A stretch of 58,766 nucleotides of DNA from Acidimicrobiia bacterium. GTDB taxonomy: Bacteria; Actinomycetota; Acidimicrobiia; IMCC26256; PALSA-555. A program made the position numbers and the translations under genes. The notes under the pieces were generated by a model that was given only the letters and a program-made list of their open reading frames with translations, was not told the DNA's origin and ran no database searches. Shown here in pieces: positions 28,055 through 42,010 of the stretch (its first letter is position 1; every line of letters starts with the position of its first letter). The DNA is taken from NCBI GenBank assembly GCA_051986275.1, contig JBPYDT010000071.1:1-58766 (forward strand), in the 5' to 3' direction.

Positions 28055-28070
28055 GGTTCCACGTGGAACC
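28055..28070. promoter_or_regulatory. parS site 2
   Basis: Perfect 16-bp palindrome GGTTCCACGTGGAACC. Confidence 0.92.
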
Positions 28071-28685
28071 TCAGCGCCAGAGGGGCCGTCGGGCCGGGAG
28101 GCCCGGGCGCCGGGGCCACCGGGGCTCCGGCTCGTGCACCCGGCGCAGCACGGCGACCGAGGCCCCGTGCCCGCTGAGGACCTCCGGGCCGGCCATCCCC
28201 AGACGAGCCAGGCCCTCCCCCGGCCACCGCGTGGCGTCGCCGCCGGGCGGCTCGGACACGGCCAGCCGCCCCCCCGCGGCCAGGAAGCCGGCCCCGCACT
28301 CCGCGGTGACCGCCGGCGGACCGAAGGCCCGGGCGACGACAAGCGGAAAGCGGCCCCGCCAGCGGGCGTCGTGGGCCGCGTCCTCGGCCCGGGCCACGAC
28401 CACCTCGACACGGTCGCCGATCGCCAGGTCGGCGCAGGCCGCCTCGAGGTGGGCGCCCCGCCGCTGGTTCGAATCGAGCAGGACAGCACGGGCCGCGGGC
28501 CAGGCGAGGGCGAGCGCGAGCCCCGGGAGCCCGCCGCCCGCACCGAGGTCGAGGAACGAGTCCGTGGATGGGCCGATCAGGTCGACGAACGCGTCGGCGT
28601 GCGAGAGCTGGTCCTCGAGCGACCCCGGGCCGAGGAAGCCCAGGCGCTGGGCGCGGGCGAGGGCAGCGCGCAGGCCACCCGCCAC
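28071..28685 (-). CDS. rsmG: 16S rRNA m7G527 methyltransferase RsmG/GidB
   Basis: LDLGAGGGLPGL, LLDSNQRR, RAED and VVARAF motifs, plus synteny. Confidence 0.88.
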   Translation of the reverse strand: MAGGLRAALARAQRLGFLGPGSLEDQLSHADAFVDLIGPSTDSFLDLGAGGGLPGLALALAWPAARAVLLDSNQRRGAHLEAACADLAIGDRVEVVVARAEDAAHDARWRGRFPLVVARAFGPPAVTAECGAGFLAAGGRLAVSEPPGGDATRWPGEGLARLGMAGPEVLSGHGASVAVLRRVHEPEPRWPRRPGLPARRPLWR

Positions 28686-28690
28686 GGGGT

Positions 28691-29545
28691 TCAGGCCGGG
28701 CGTACGACGACGCGCCGGTTCGGCTCCTCGCCCTCCGAGATCGTGTCGACCCCGTCCAGGGCGGCGATGGCGTCGTGGACGACCTTGCGGTCGGCCGCCG
28801 GCATGGGCTCGAGCGCCTGGTCCCGTCCGCTCTCCCGCACCTTGTCGGCGAGCTCCTCCGCGAAGCGGGCGAGTGCGGCCCGCCGCTTCGCCCGGTACCC
28901 GCCGACGTCCACGTTGATGCGCGTGCCGTGACCCTCGGTTCGCCGCTGCACCACCGTCCGCACGAGCTCTTCGATGGCCTGCAGCGTCGCACCCCGGGGG
29001 CCGACGAGCAGCCCGAGGTTCTCACCCGTTACGTCGACGAGCACCCCGCCCTCCTCGTCGATCGTCGTCGCAATCGTGGCCGGGGCCCCGAAGGCGTCCA
29101 CCAGACCGCGGGTGAACTCCTCGGCCTCCCGTGCTTGCTCCTGCACCGACACCTCACTCACCGGTTCCTCCCTGCTGGTGTCGTCCGATCCCGGGGCGCC
29201 ACCGTTGGCCCGTGGGCGGCCGCCGCCGCGCCGCCGCCGCTGCCCGTCGCGGGGCGTCGTCGCCACGGCACCCGCGTTCGACCGGCTGCGCGGCTCGGCA
29301 CGGCTGGCGCTGCGGGCTTCCCCACCGCTCCGGCTGCGCCGGGGTCGTCGGTGCCGCTCGGTCGGCTTCTCGCGCGAGATGGGGCGAACCCGGGCCCGGA
29401 TGCGGGCCGGCCGGCGCCCGAGGAGCCCGGCCCGCGGCTCCTCGAGCACTTCGAATTCGACCTCGTCCTCGTCGACGCCGAGCGTGTCGAGCGCCACGTC
29501 GAGCGCCGCTTCGACCGTCCGTCCTGTTGTCTCGACCCACTCCAT
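28691..29545 (-). CDS. khpB: RNA-binding protein Jag/KhpB/EloR
   Basis: Jag_N (VETTGRTVEAAL), KH (LVGPRGATLQAI) and R3H (MPAADRKVVH, SEGEEPNRRVV) domains. Confidence 0.93.
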   Translation of the reverse strand: MEWVETTGRTVEAALDVALDTLGVDEDEVEFEVLEEPRAGLLGRRPARIRARVRPISREKPTERHRRPRRSRSGGEARSASRAEPRSRSNAGAVATTPRDGQRRRRGGGRPRANGGAPGSDDTSREEPVSEVSVQEQAREAEEFTRGLVDAFGAPATIATTIDEEGGVLVDVTGENLGLLVGPRGATLQAIEELVRTVVQRRTEGHGTRINVDVGGYRAKRRAALARFAEELADKVRESGRDQALEPMPAADRKVVHDAIAALDGVDTISEGEEPNRRVVVRPA

Positions 29546-29555
29546 TGGGTTGGCC

Positions 29556-30821
29556 TCAGCGCTTCCGCTTCTTCTTGTTGGTGGGTCCGCGCCGACCCGG
29601 GGGCTGGGTGCCGCCGTTGCTCCCCGACGGGTTGCGGGTCGAGCCGGCCGGAGGCCGCGCCCCGCCGTTCCCGGCGGGCGGCGGCGGGAGCTGGAACAGC
29701 CCGCGCAGGCCGCTCCCCCGGGGACGCTGCTCTTGCACGAGGGCGCGCTGCGGGAGCGCACGGGCCGGCGCCCGCTTCGCGGCCGGCTGCCGCGGCCCCG
29801 GCTTGGGGGCGGGCTTCGCCGCCGGTTTGGGCGTCGGTTTGGGTGCCGGCGCCCGGGCCTTCCCCCGAGCCACGGGTTTGGCTGGGCCCGGGCTCCCCCG
29901 ACCGTTGCCCGGGCTCACGTCCTCGTCGTCCGGACTTCGTTCCGTGCTGGCCACGTCGATCGCCGCGGTCTTGCCCCCGCCCTTCGTCGTGCCACCGGCA
30001 GCCGTCGCCGCCGCCATATGGCGGAACACCACCTCCTGCTGGCCGAGACGCCAGGTGTTGCTCACCACGAAGTACAGGACCAAGCCGGCCGGGAAGCTGA
30101 GCGAGATGAGGCCGAAGAAGACCGGGAGGATCTTCATCACGGTGTTCATCTGGGTGTTCGCGGCCGGCGTGCGGGCCTGCGCCTGCTTCGTCTGCAGGTA
30201 CCCGGTGAACACCACGAGGGCGACCAGCACGAAGTAGGGGATCGCCGAGACGAACCCGAGGCTGGCGTCGGTGGCCGTCTTGAACAAGTCGACGCCCAGG
30301 AAGTTGATGTGGGTCAGGTGGGCGGTGGCGCCCCCCGGGGGGATGACCTTCTGCGTCCCGTTGGAGAGCGTGACCGTCATCGCCTTCGTCGTCGCCTTGC
30401 CGCAGAGGCTGCCCCACTCGCTGCACATCGCGTTGTAGAGCTGGGTGAACGACCCGGTCTTGGGGACGTGCTGCCACGGCGTGCGGAGCACGCGGTAGAG
30501 GACGAAGAAGATGGGCAGCTGGACCAGGAGCGGCAAGCACCCGGAGAGCGGGTTGATCTTGTTCTCCTGGTAGAACTTCATCATCTCTTCGTTGAGCTTC
30601 TGGCGGTCGCCCTTGTACTTCGCTTGCAACTTCTTGATCTCGGGCTGGACGCGCTGCATGGCGATCATCGACTTCGCCTGTTTCGCCGTCAGCGGGTAAA
30701 GGATCAACATCACCACGAGGGTGAGGAGGATGATCGCGACGCCCAGGTTGGGGATGATCGAGTAGACGAACGCCAGCGCGGCGCCCATCGCGTCGTAGAG
30801 GGAGTTCAGGAAGGACTGCAT
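29556..30821 (-). CDS. yidC: Membrane protein insertase YidC
   Basis: AIILLTLVVMLILYPL, QPEIKKLQAKYK, NPLSGCLPLLVQLPIF and PAGLVLYFVVSN. Long basic C-terminal tail. Confidence 0.95.
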   Translation of the reverse strand: MQSFLNSLYDAMGAALAFVYSIIPNLGVAIILLTLVVMLILYPLTAKQAKSMIAMQRVQPEIKKLQAKYKGDRQKLNEEMMKFYQENKINPLSGCLPLLVQLPIFFVLYRVLRTPWQHVPKTGSFTQLYNAMCSEWGSLCGKATTKAMTVTLSNGTQKVIPPGGATAHLTHINFLGVDLFKTATDASLGFVSAIPYFVLVALVVFTGYLQTKQAQARTPAANTQMNTVMKILPVFFGLISLSFPAGLVLYFVVSNTWRLGQQEVVFRHMAAATAAGGTTKGGGKTAAIDVASTERSPDDEDVSPGNGRGSPGPAKPVARGKARAPAPKPTPKPAAKPAPKPGPRQPAAKRAPARALPQRALVQEQRPRGSGLRGLFQLPPPPAGNGGARPPAGSTRNPSGSNGGTQPPGRRGPTNKKKRKR

Positions 30822-30831
30822 TCACGGCCTC

Positions 30832-31107
30832 TCAGGAGGAGGGGGCGGCCGAGGCCGCAGATCGGGAACGTCTGTTCGAAGGCGGAACCGGGTCGAGCCC
30901 GCCGGCGTGCCACGGATGGCAGCGCCCGACCCGGCGGACGGCGAGCCAGGAGCCCCGGACGGCGCCGTGCACCTCGAGCGCCTCGAGGGCGTAGGCCGAG
31001 CAGGAGGGGTAGAAGCGGCACCGGGGCGGCAAGTACTGGCTGACCAACCGCCAGGCCCGGATCGGCCGCATCAGCAGCCGGGCCGCCGGCGTCGGCCGAC
31101 CGCTCAC
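30832..31107 (-). CDS. yidD: Membrane protein insertion efficiency factor YidD
   Basis: [15 protein letters not shown]...HG...[14 protein letters not shown]. Confidence 0.95.
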   Translation of the reverse strand: MSGRPTPAARLLMRPIRAWRLVSQYLPPRCRFYPSCSAYALEALEVHGAVRGSWLAVRRVGRCHPWHAGGLDPVPPSNRRSRSAASAAPSS

Positions 31108-31562
31108 GGCGACCCGTCCCGCAAGAGCTCCCCCACACGCCGGTGGAGCGCGTCGAAGGGCATCGTCATCGCCTCCCGCCCGGCGCCGAACAGGTAGCTG
31201 GCCCGCGGGTCGAGCGCGTCGGCGTGGGCTCGCACCGCGGCGCGCAGGCGGCGACGGACGCGGTTGCGCTCCACCGCGCCGCCGACACGGCGGCTGACCG
31301 CGTACGCGACGCGTGGCCCATCGGTCGAGCTGCTCGCGTGCACCCGCATGCTGACAGGACCGCGTCGCTTCGCTCGTGTCCGAGCGAGCGTGTTGAACGT
31401 CGCACGGTCGCGGATCCGCCGCGTCAGGCGCCGAGCCGCTTGCGGCCGCGCGCGCGTCGTGCTTTGAGCACCGCACGCCCACCCCGCGTGCGCATCCGGA
31501 CGCGGAATCCGTGCGTCTTCTTTCGCTTGCGGTTGTTCGGCTGGTACGTGCGCTTCACGCAT
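31104..31562 (-). CDS. rnpA: Ribonuclease P protein component (start either ATG 31562 overlapping rpmH, or CTG 31427)
   Basis: [32 protein letters not shown] (RNR motif) and synteny. No ATG/GTG/TTG lies between the rpmH stop and the conserved N-terminal core. Confidence 0.9.
   Translation of the reverse strand: MREAHVPAEQPQAKEDARIPRPDAHAGWACGAQSTTRARPQAARRLTRRIRDRATFNTLARTRAKRRGPVSMRVHASSSTDGPRVAYAVSRRVGGAVERNRVRRRLRAAVRAHADALDPRASYLFGAGREAMTMPFDALHRRVGELLRDGSP
31424..31558 (-). CDS. rpmH: 50S ribosomal protein L34 (44 aa, not in the ORF track)
   Basis: Translated by hand: [52 protein letters not shown] lies 6 nt before the GTG. Confidence 0.98.
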   Translation of the reverse strand: MKRTYQPNNRKRKKTHGFRVRMRTRGGRAVLKARRARGRKRLGA

Positions 31563-31863
31563 GGCCTCCTGGGGCACGTCGATGCGACTCGGTCGCCGCC
31601 GGTGTGGGGGCGGCTCGCTCACGAGTGCGACGCGTGACGATCAGGGCGCAGTGTAACGGCCGCTCGAAACGCCAGCCCAACGCGCGTCGTGCCCCACCTC
31701 GGCCCCTCCCCGGGCCCTCCCGACGACCTCTTGTCGGTGCTCGGAGGCCGGTGCTACGTTCCGCCCCGCTGTCGATCCGGCCTACGACGGCAGACTTCCC
31801 CAAGGGGCTTCGCCCGCGACCGGCCGGTCCGCCCTGAGGGGGGAGGGGCCCCGGGCCCTCCCG

Positions 31864-31895
31864 TTCTCCACAACTGTGGACGCGCCTGTGGACAA
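31864..31895. promoter_or_regulatory. DnaA boxes at the dnaA start (likely autoregulation)
   Basis: TTCTCCACA 31864, TGTGGACGC 31875, TGTGGACAA 31887. Confidence 0.65.
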
Positions 31896-33318
31896 CGAGC
31901 ACCCGGCCGAGTCTCCCGCCGACGACCCCGCTGCCCAGCACGTCTGGGACCAGGTCCAGCCCCGGGTCCGATCCGAGCTCGCCGAGTCCACCTGGGCGAC
32001 CCGGTTCCACGGCATCCACGCCCTCCGGGTCGTCGACGGCGTCCTGGTCCTCGGCGTCCCCAACGCCCTCGCTGCGGAGACAATCCGCTCCCAGTACCTC
32101 CCGATCCTCGAGTCGGCCCTCCTCCAGGTCACCGGGGCCCCCTTCGGGGTCGCCCTCCAGGTCGACACCGACGCCCGGCCGGACGAGCCCCTCGCCGCCC
32201 CGGACCCGGCGCCGCTCCCCGTCGCCGCCGCGCCGCCGCCGGCCCCCGCGAGCGACGCGCCCTACGCCTCCGGCTCGTCACTGAACCCGCGTTACACCTT
32301 CAACCAGTTCGTGATCGGGGCCTCGAACCGCTTCGCGCACGCTGCGGCGCTGTCCGTCGCGGAGGACCCCGCCCAGGCCTACAACCCGCTCTTCATCTAC
32401 GGGCGCGCCGGCCTTGGCAAGACGCACCTGTTGCACGCGATCGGGCACCACGTGCGCGCGGTGCGCCCCAAGCTGCGCGTGCGCTACCTCACGACCGAAG
32501 CGTTCATGAACGACTTCGTCGAGGCCATCCGCGACCGCACGCGCATGCCGGTGTTCAAGCGGCGCTACCGCGAACTCGACGTCCTCCTCATCGACGACAT
32601 CCAGTTCCTCGAGCGCACGCAGGAACTCCAAGAGGAGTTCTTCCACACGTTCAACCAGATCCACAACGCCGGCGGCCAGATCGTTATCTCGTCCGACCGC
32701 TCGCCGAAGTCGATCGCGACGCTCGAAGACCGGCTGCGCAGCCGCTTCGAGTGGGGTCTCATCACCGACGTCCAGCCCCCGGAGTTCGAGACCCGGCTGG
32801 CCATCGTCCGCAAGAAGGCCGAGGCGGAGCACCTCCACGGCATCCCCGACGAGGTGCTGGGCTTCATCGCCAGCAGCATCGAGGACAACATCCGCGAGCT
32901 CGAGGGCGCGCTCATCCGCGTCGCGGCGTACTCCAGCCTCAACCGAGCCCAGCTGTCGGAGGAGGTCGCTCGGACCGTCCTGGCCGACCTCCTGCCGGAG
33001 ACCAAGCAGCGCGTGATCACACCCCAGCTGATCCTGGAGGAAACCGCGAAGCAGTTCGGCTGGACCACCGAGGAGCTGTGCGGCAAGAGCCGCCGCCGGC
33101 CGCTCGTCACCGCCCGCCAGATCAGCATGTACGTGATGCGCCAGCTGACGGACTTCAGCTACCCCCGCATCGCCGAGGAGTTCGGTGGGCGCGACCACAC
33201 CACCGTCATGTACGCCGTCGAGAAGATCCGACTCCAGATGCACGAGCGTCACCACACGTTCGACCAGGTCAACGAGCTGATCACCCGCATCCGGGTCGGC
33301 AGCACCACCGCGACCTGA
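31876..33318 (+). CDS. dnaA: Chromosomal replication initiator DnaA (start may be 31888)
   Basis: [65 protein letters not shown] and GGRDHTTV motifs. Confidence 0.98.
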   Translation: MDAPVDNEHPAESPADDPAAQHVWDQVQPRVRSELAESTWATRFHGIHALRVVDGVLVLGVPNALAAETIRSQYLPILESALLQVTGAPFGVALQVDTDARPDEPLAAPDPAPLPVAAAPPPAPASDAPYASGSSLNPRYTFNQFVIGASNRFAHAAALSVAEDPAQAYNPLFIYGRAGLGKTHLLHAIGHHVRAVRPKLRVRYLTTEAFMNDFVEAIRDRTRMPVFKRRYRELDVLLIDDIQFLERTQELQEEFFHTFNQIHNAGGQIVISSDRSPKSIATLEDRLRSRFEWGLITDVQPPEFETRLAIVRKKAEAEHLHGIPDEVLGFIASSIEDNIRELEGALIRVAAYSSLNRAQLSEEVARTVLADLLPETKQRVITPQLILEETAKQFGWTTEELCGKSRRRPLVTARQISMYVMRQLTDFSYPRIAEEFGGRDHTTVMYAVEKIRLQMHERHHTFDQVNELITRIRVGSTTAT

Positions 33319-33555
33319 GGGGTATGTGGACAACGTTGTGGACTACTGGGGAAACCCTCGCCTGTGCTCTGGATAGCGTGGGCCTCTCCGCCACGCCCCA
33401 CGCTCGCCCGGTGGATCCCGAGGCGAAGCTGGGGAAACCTGGGGATGACAAATCTGGCCTCTGACCTGCGCTAATGGGCTCCTCGTCCACAGTGCACAGG
33501 CCCTACAGCAACGACAAACCTTGGTACTAATAGCAGTGCAGAATCAGGAGCGACC
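33319..33555. other. Replication origin oriC (dnaA-dnaN intergenic)
   Basis: DnaA-box-like 9-mers TGTGGACAA 33325, TGTGGACTA 33337, TGGGGAAAC 33347 and 33430, TGGGGATGA 33440, TCGTCCACA 33483. These are followed by GTGCACAGGCC, a trio-like run CTA CAG CAA CGA CAA, and a short AT-richer patch before dnaN. Confidence 0.85.
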
Positions 33556-34659
33556 GTGAAGTTCAGATGCGAACGCGACACCCTCGCCGAGGCTGTGGGC
33601 ACGGCGTACCGGGCGGTCGCGTCGCGCACGGGGGCGCTCCCGGTTTTGTCGGGTCTGCTCGTCCGTCTCCAGGCCGGCCAGGTCGAACTCGTCGGCTCGG
33701 ACCTGGAGCTCACCATCCGGGTGCGAGTCCCCGCGGAGGTCGACGGGGTCGGGAGCGCCGTCCTGGTCGCCCGCTTGCTGCAGGAGCTGATGGGACGCCT
33801 CGCGGCGGGCGTCGTCCGGGTCGAGATCGGCGATGACCAGGCGAAGATCGAGGCCGGCCGGTTCCGGTCCGAGCTCCGCACGCTCGCCGCGTCGGACTTC
33901 CCGCGTCTGCCCGAGCCGGAAGGGCCGGGTGTGACGGTGGCCGCGGGGCCGCTGGCGCAGGGTCTCCGTCAGGTCGTGCCCGCGGCGTCGAAGGACGACG
34001 CGCGACCGATCCTCACGGGCGTGCTCGTCGCGGCGACAGGCGACGGGGTCCGTCTCGTGGCGACGGACTCGTATCGCCTCGCCGTGCGCGACCTTCCCGG
34101 CGTGAGCCTCCTCGAGGAGGGACGGTCGGTGCTCGTCGGCGCGAAGGGGCTGAGCGAACTGCAGCGACTGCTCCCGTCGGACGGCGACGTGGAGGTGTTC
34201 CTCGGTGAGCGTGAGGTCACGTTCCGCCTCGACACGACGGAGCTCACGGCGCGACTGGTGGAGGGCGAGTTCCCCAACTACCAGCAACTCGTCCCGAGCG
34301 GCTACCCGAACCGGCTCACCGTGGAACGCGAGGCGCTCGCCGACGCGCTGAACCGCGTTCGTCTCGTCGCGGGCCAGAACCGCGACTCGAGCCCGGTGCG
34401 GCTCGCGATGAGCTCCGACGGCCTCGAGCTCTCCGCCACGGCCCAGGACGTCGGGCAGTCGTACGAGCCGGTGGAAGCCAAGTACGAAGGCAGCGAGCTC
34501 ACGGTGGCGTTCAACTCGCAGTTCCTCCTCGACGGCCTGGAGGCCGCCGGCTCCTCGGAGATCGTCATCGAGAGCGTCGATCCGCTGAAGCCGGCCGTCC
34601 TCCGGGGCAGCGACGGGCCGGAGTTCCTGTACCTGCTGATGCCGGTCCGGATCGCCTGA
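33556..34659 (+). CDS. dnaN: DNA polymerase III beta clamp
   Basis: GSDLEL, DDARPILTGV, VATDSYRLA, EGEFPNY and YLLMPVR motifs. Confidence 0.97.
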   Translation: MKFRCERDTLAEAVGTAYRAVASRTGALPVLSGLLVRLQAGQVELVGSDLELTIRVRVPAEVDGVGSAVLVARLLQELMGRLAAGVVRVEIGDDQAKIEAGRFRSELRTLAASDFPRLPEPEGPGVTVAAGPLAQGLRQVVPAASKDDARPILTGVLVAATGDGVRLVATDSYRLAVRDLPGVSLLEEGRSVLVGAKGLSELQRLLPSDGDVEVFLGEREVTFRLDTTELTARLVEGEFPNYQQLVPSGYPNRLTVEREALADALNRVRLVAGQNRDSSPVRLAMSSDGLELSATAQDVGQSYEPVEAKYEGSELTVAFNSQFLLDGLEAAGSSEIVIESVDPLKPAVLRGSDGPEFLYLLMPVRIA

Positions 34660-34693
34660 GGCCGCCGGCGGGTCGTCCCCGCGCCGGTCCGCC

Positions 34694-35815
34694 GTGCACC
34701 TGACGACCCTCTCACTCAGCGAGTTCCGCTGCTACCCCGAGGCGGAGCTGACCTTCCCGCCGGCCGTCACCGTCGTCACCGGCGCCAACGGCCAGGGCAA
34801 GACGAGCCTCCTCGAGGCGATCGGCTGGCTCGCGCTCGGTCGCTCGTTTCGCGGGGTACCCGACGCCGCGCTGGTCCGCGAGCACGCCGACCGAGCCATC
34901 GTGCGGGGGAGTGTGGTCCATGACGCGAACGTGCGCCGCGTCGATGTCGAGCTGCGCGCCGCGGGGCGTCATCGCATCCTGCTGAACGGCCATCCCGCGG
35001 CGCGGACGCGTGACCTCCTGGGCAGCCTGCGGGTCACGGTCTTCGCGCCGGATGACCTCCAGCTCGTGAAGGGGCCGCCCGCGCAGCGGCGCGAGTACCT
35101 CGACGATCTCCTCGTCGCGGCGGCGCCTCGCTACGCCGGGGTGCGCGCCGACTTCGATCGCGTGCTCCGCCACCGCAACGCGCTGCTCCGCGGCGGCGTG
35201 CAGGACGCCGAGGCGCGCGCGACGCTCGGGGTGTTCAACGACCAGCTCGTCACCGTGGGAGGGGAACTCACGCGCGGGAGGCTCCGCGTCGTGGCACGGC
35301 TCACCCCGTTGGTCGATGCCGCGTACCGGGCGCTCGCCCGTGAGACGGACGGCGTCACCGCCCGCTACGAGCCCGGCTGGGATTCGAACGTCGCCGAGTT
35401 CAGCCCCGAGATGGTCGACGACCGGCTGCGCGACGCACTGGCGCGTGTGGATGCCACCGAGCGCGCACGCGGCGTGACCCTCGTCGGACCACACCGCGAC
35501 GAGTGGCGGCTCGCCATCGACCGCCGGGACAGCCGGACGCACGCGTCGCAGGGCGAACAGCGCACCCTCGCCCTCGCGCTGCGCCTCGCGGCCCATCAGG
35601 TCATGGCCGACGTCGTCGGGAGCGAGCCAGTGCTGCTGCTCGACGACGTGTTCAGCGAGCTCGACGCCGAACGGTCCCGAGCGCTCATCGAAGCCTTGCC
35701 GGCCCACGCGCAAACCGTCATCACAACGGCGGGCACCGTCCCATCGGGGATCCAGCCGGCGGCCCACCTCGAGGTGCGCGACGGTCGGATCGCTTCGCCG
35801 GCGTCGACGTCATGA
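34694..35815 (+). CDS. recF: DNA replication/repair protein RecF
   Basis: GANGQGKTSLLEAI, SFRG, GPHRD, SQGEQR and LLLDDVFSELD motifs. Confidence 0.96.
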   Translation: MHLTTLSLSEFRCYPEAELTFPPAVTVVTGANGQGKTSLLEAIGWLALGRSFRGVPDAALVREHADRAIVRGSVVHDANVRRVDVELRAAGRHRILLNGHPAARTRDLLGSLRVTVFAPDDLQLVKGPPAQRREYLDDLLVAAAPRYAGVRADFDRVLRHRNALLRGGVQDAEARATLGVFNDQLVTVGGELTRGRLRVVARLTPLVDAAYRALARETDGVTARYEPGWDSNVAEFSPEMVDDRLRDALARVDATERARGVTLVGPHRDEWRLAIDRRDSRTHASQGEQRTLALALRLAAHQVMADVVGSEPVLLLDDVFSELDAERSRALIEALPAHAQTVITTAGTVPSGIQPAAHLEVRDGRIASPASTS

Positions 35816-36141
35816 GGACCCCGCGACGGCCCGGCGACGATCCCGACGCGCCGACGCCCCTCGGTGACGCGCTCCGCGCGGTCGGCGATGAGCTCGGTTT
35901 GCCCGAACCCGACCTCGTCGCGTCGCTGGTAGAGCGCTGGCCCGAGGTCGTCGGCGCCGCAGTCGCGGCCCACGCCCGGCCGCGGAGCATCCGCGAGGGG
36001 GTGCTGACCGTTGCGGTCGACGCGCCGCCCTGGGCGACGCAGCTGCGCTACCTCGAGAACGACATCCGCGCGCGGCTCCGGGAGATCAGCGGCCGCGACA
36101 GCGTCCACTCCGTCCGAATCGTCGTCGAACCGCCGCGCTGA
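35812..36141 (+). CDS. DUF721/DciA family protein
   Basis: WPEVVGAAVAAHARP...GVLTVAVDAPPWATQLRY. Located between recF and gyrB. Confidence 0.88.
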   Translation: MRTPRRPGDDPDAPTPLGDALRAVGDELGLPEPDLVASLVERWPEVVGAAVAAHARPRSIREGVLTVAVDAPPWATQLRYLENDIRARLREISGRDSVHSVRIVVEPPR

Positions 36142-36283
36142 CTGCGCGTGCAACCGGAGGCGCGCAGAGGCCTCTGGTAAACTGTCGAGTGTCGTTCGGG
36201 CTCGTAGACCACGTAAAGCGCCCAGCTGGTGGTCGGCGAGACCGGGAAACGCCCCTTCCCCCGAGGCCCCCGCTCGACTGTGA

Positions 36284-40672
<4,389 letters not shown>

Positions 40673-40676
<4 letters not shown>

Positions 40677-41796
40677 GCACCCCGTCTGAGGAGTTGCCGG
40701 CGTCCGAGACGGACGAACCGAAGCAGCCCTCGCGCGCCCGTCGCACGAACGACGGCGGCAAGTCCTCGTCGAACGCACCGGTTGCCGTCGCGTCGGCGAA
40801 CGATGCGCCGGCCCCGCCGCGCCGACGCGGCGCGGGCGCGGCAGCCCCCGCCATCGCCGCGGCGTCCTCGGCGGCCCCGCCGACTACCGGCGAATCGACC
40901 GCGGCACTGAAGCCGCCGGACGGTGATGGCTCGCCGCGGCGTGCTCGGCGCAGCAACGCCGCGTCCGCCGACGGCGGACCCGCGGCCGCGAAGACGGACG
41001 GCGACGCCAAGGGCGATGGGAAGGGCGACGGGAAGCGCGACGGTGCGGCAGCGCCCGTGGCTTCGGCGGTGACCGACGCCGCCGAGAAGCCCGACGCGAA
41101 GTCGCCGAAGGAATCGACCGCGACGCGCCAGGCGTCGAGCGACGGCTCAACGACCGCGCCACCGCGCCGCTCGCGGCGCGGCGATGCGGAAGCCCCCGTG
41201 GCGGCCAGCGCCAGCTCAGTCGACGCGCCGTCGCCGGCGACGTCGGAGGCCGACGCGGAGGCGGAGCTCGTCGACGAGACGGAGGCACCCCCGCGGCGTC
41301 GCTTCGGGCGCTTCGGACGGACGGTCAGCGCCTCGATCCCGGCCGTCCCCGCGGTGGAGTCCCCGCCGGTCACGGTCGTGCCGCCCAAGCCGATCACCGG
41401 ACCGACGATGGCGGTCGCGCGCCCCGACCGCACGTACCGCCAGACGGTCACGAAGGTCGACCTGTGGTCGGTGACGAAGCTGTCGCTGTGCTTCTACCTG
41501 AGCGCCATGTTCGTCACGGTCGTCGCCTTCGTCGCGCTCTGGATCATCGCCGACGCCGCCGGCATCATCCACAGCGTCGAGAAGTTCCTCGGCGACCTGC
41601 TGTCGGCCAAGAACTTCCACTTCCTGTCCGCCACGGTGCTCCGCGGCGCCATCCTCATCGGGCTCGTCGTCGTGGCGCTGCAGGTCGTGATCACGGTGAT
41701 CGCGGCGTCCTTCTACAACATCTTCGCTGAGCTGTTCGGCGGCGTGGAGATCACCGTGAAGGAAGAGGGCCCCGCCGAGTACCTTGACCCTTCCCT

Positions 41797-41806
<10 letters not shown>
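40673..41806 (+). CDS. DUF3566 domain membrane protein with long disordered N-terminus
   Basis: C-terminal [13 protein letters not shown]...[15 protein letters not shown], in the conserved position after gyrA. Confidence 0.8.
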
Positions 41807-41870
<64 letters not shown>

Positions 41871-41872
41871 CG

Positions 41873-42010
41873 ATGAGAAACGCTCGCCGCATCGCCCTGG
41901 TCGTTCTGTGCGCGCTGCTCGCCGGCATCGTCGTGCGCCTGCGCGGGAAGGGCAGCGTGCCGCCGACGAACGGCGGCTGGCGCGAGCTCGAGGGCCCCGA
42001 CTTCCGGTGA
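41873..42010 (+). CDS. 45-aa single-TM small protein (not in the ORF track)
   Basis: MRNARRIALVVLCALLAGIVVRLRGKGSVPPTNGGWRELEGPDFR. High GC3; the stop overlaps the next GTG (GTGA). Confidence 0.65.
   Translation: MRNARRIALVVLCALLAGIVVRLRGKGSVPPTNGGWRELEGPDFR

Noticed and set aside
40990..41045. Repeated AAGGGCGA(C/T)GG(G/C) units resembling a repeat array
   Set aside because: These are short coding repeats (KGDG) in the disordered DUF3566 N-terminus, with no spacer structure.
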